A DNA stretch of 45,405 bases, from contig QPMI01000350.1 in NCBI GenBank assembly GCA_004431415.1, positions 1-45,405 of the forward strand, written 5' to 3'. The notes below the pieces were generated by a model. The model was not told the origin of the DNA. It did no database searches and worked only from the letters and a program-made list of their open reading frames with translations. The translations under genes were made by a program, and so were the position numbers. This DNA comes from Cyanophora paradoxa CCMP329. Taxonomy: Eukaryota; Plantae; Glaucophyta. Below, one piece after another: positions 44,921 to 45,405 of the stretch; positions within the stretch are counted from its first letter, which is position 1; every line of letters begins with the position of its first letter.

Positions 44921-45405
44921 GCCGCCCCGACGCCCCGCCCCCTTAGAGTACACCATGCACCCCGATCGCGACGAGATGAATTGCGTTTGCAGCTCAAAAT
45001 TCCGGGGCGTGCACGTGCACGTACGACTCGCTGCGCGCGAGGCAAAGCTTTTGAATTTACGTATACAGCACAATTAAAGCTTCAGGAGCCTCCGGTCGCA
45101 GCCTCACGGCGTCAAAAAAAAATTGCTCCCCTCTCGGGGTTATCGGACCGGTCCACGACGGGCATGATGGCCCTTAACCGCAGCCTGCTCCCTCGATCGC
45201 GAGCTCTGCGCGTTACTATGACGCACTGGACGGCCCACACCTCGAAGGTGAGTGCCGCTATGGGGTCATCTGCGCATGCCGCCATCTGCCGAAGCTGGCA
45301 GCTGGCCATGGTCGCTTGCCCTATAAGTTGCCTATCGAGAGGGCCTCCGGCCGGATCCTCACAAGCCTTCTGTTTTGTAGTGAATTCGAATTCGTTGAAT
45401 TCGAA

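Noticed and set aside
45112-45309. 65-aa minus-strand ORF at the window end
   Set aside because: No recognisable motif or splice context; cannot be supported.

Overview
Very GC-rich (by eye about 70-80%), gene-dense eukaryotic nuclear DNA with many short (mostly 55-90 nt) spliceosomal introns, so most long ORFs in the six-frame track are GC artefacts. Manual exon stitching gives about 17 genes, in order: ATM/Tel1 (5' part, runs off the left end), GH15 trehalase/glucoamylase-like, F-box/WD40, a Pro-rich type-I membrane protein, a TPM(MOLO1-like)-TM-RING-H2 fusion, a membrane-anchored nucleoside hydrolase, a WD40-like (possibly PALB2-like) protein, MAEA/GID9, a CFAP97-domain protein, an RPUSD1-type pseudouridine synthase, FGGY kinase, a HugZ/GluTRBP-like plastid protein, NIT1, ATP12, a START-like/Pro-rich unknown, NUP107 and ACY1. 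Plastid-type presequences with an N-proximal aromatic residue, plus a ciliary gene, suggest a flagellated alga, plausibly a glaucophyte (inference only). The most notable signals are: (1) an atypical splicing code, with about 40% GC-AG introns in the best-resolved gene, GC donors only after exonic G, a GYNCGC donor consensus, G-rich rather than pyrimidine-rich 3' ends, and complementary (CCCCG)n/(CGGGG)n intron halves; (2) repeated duplications at splice junctions, including an AT-rich intron bounded by an 8-bp direct repeat; (3) the TPM-RING-H2 organellar membrane protein; (4) an AT-rich island. Several one-base deficits in G/C runs look like assembly errors. All gene models were made by eye and internal boundaries are approximate.
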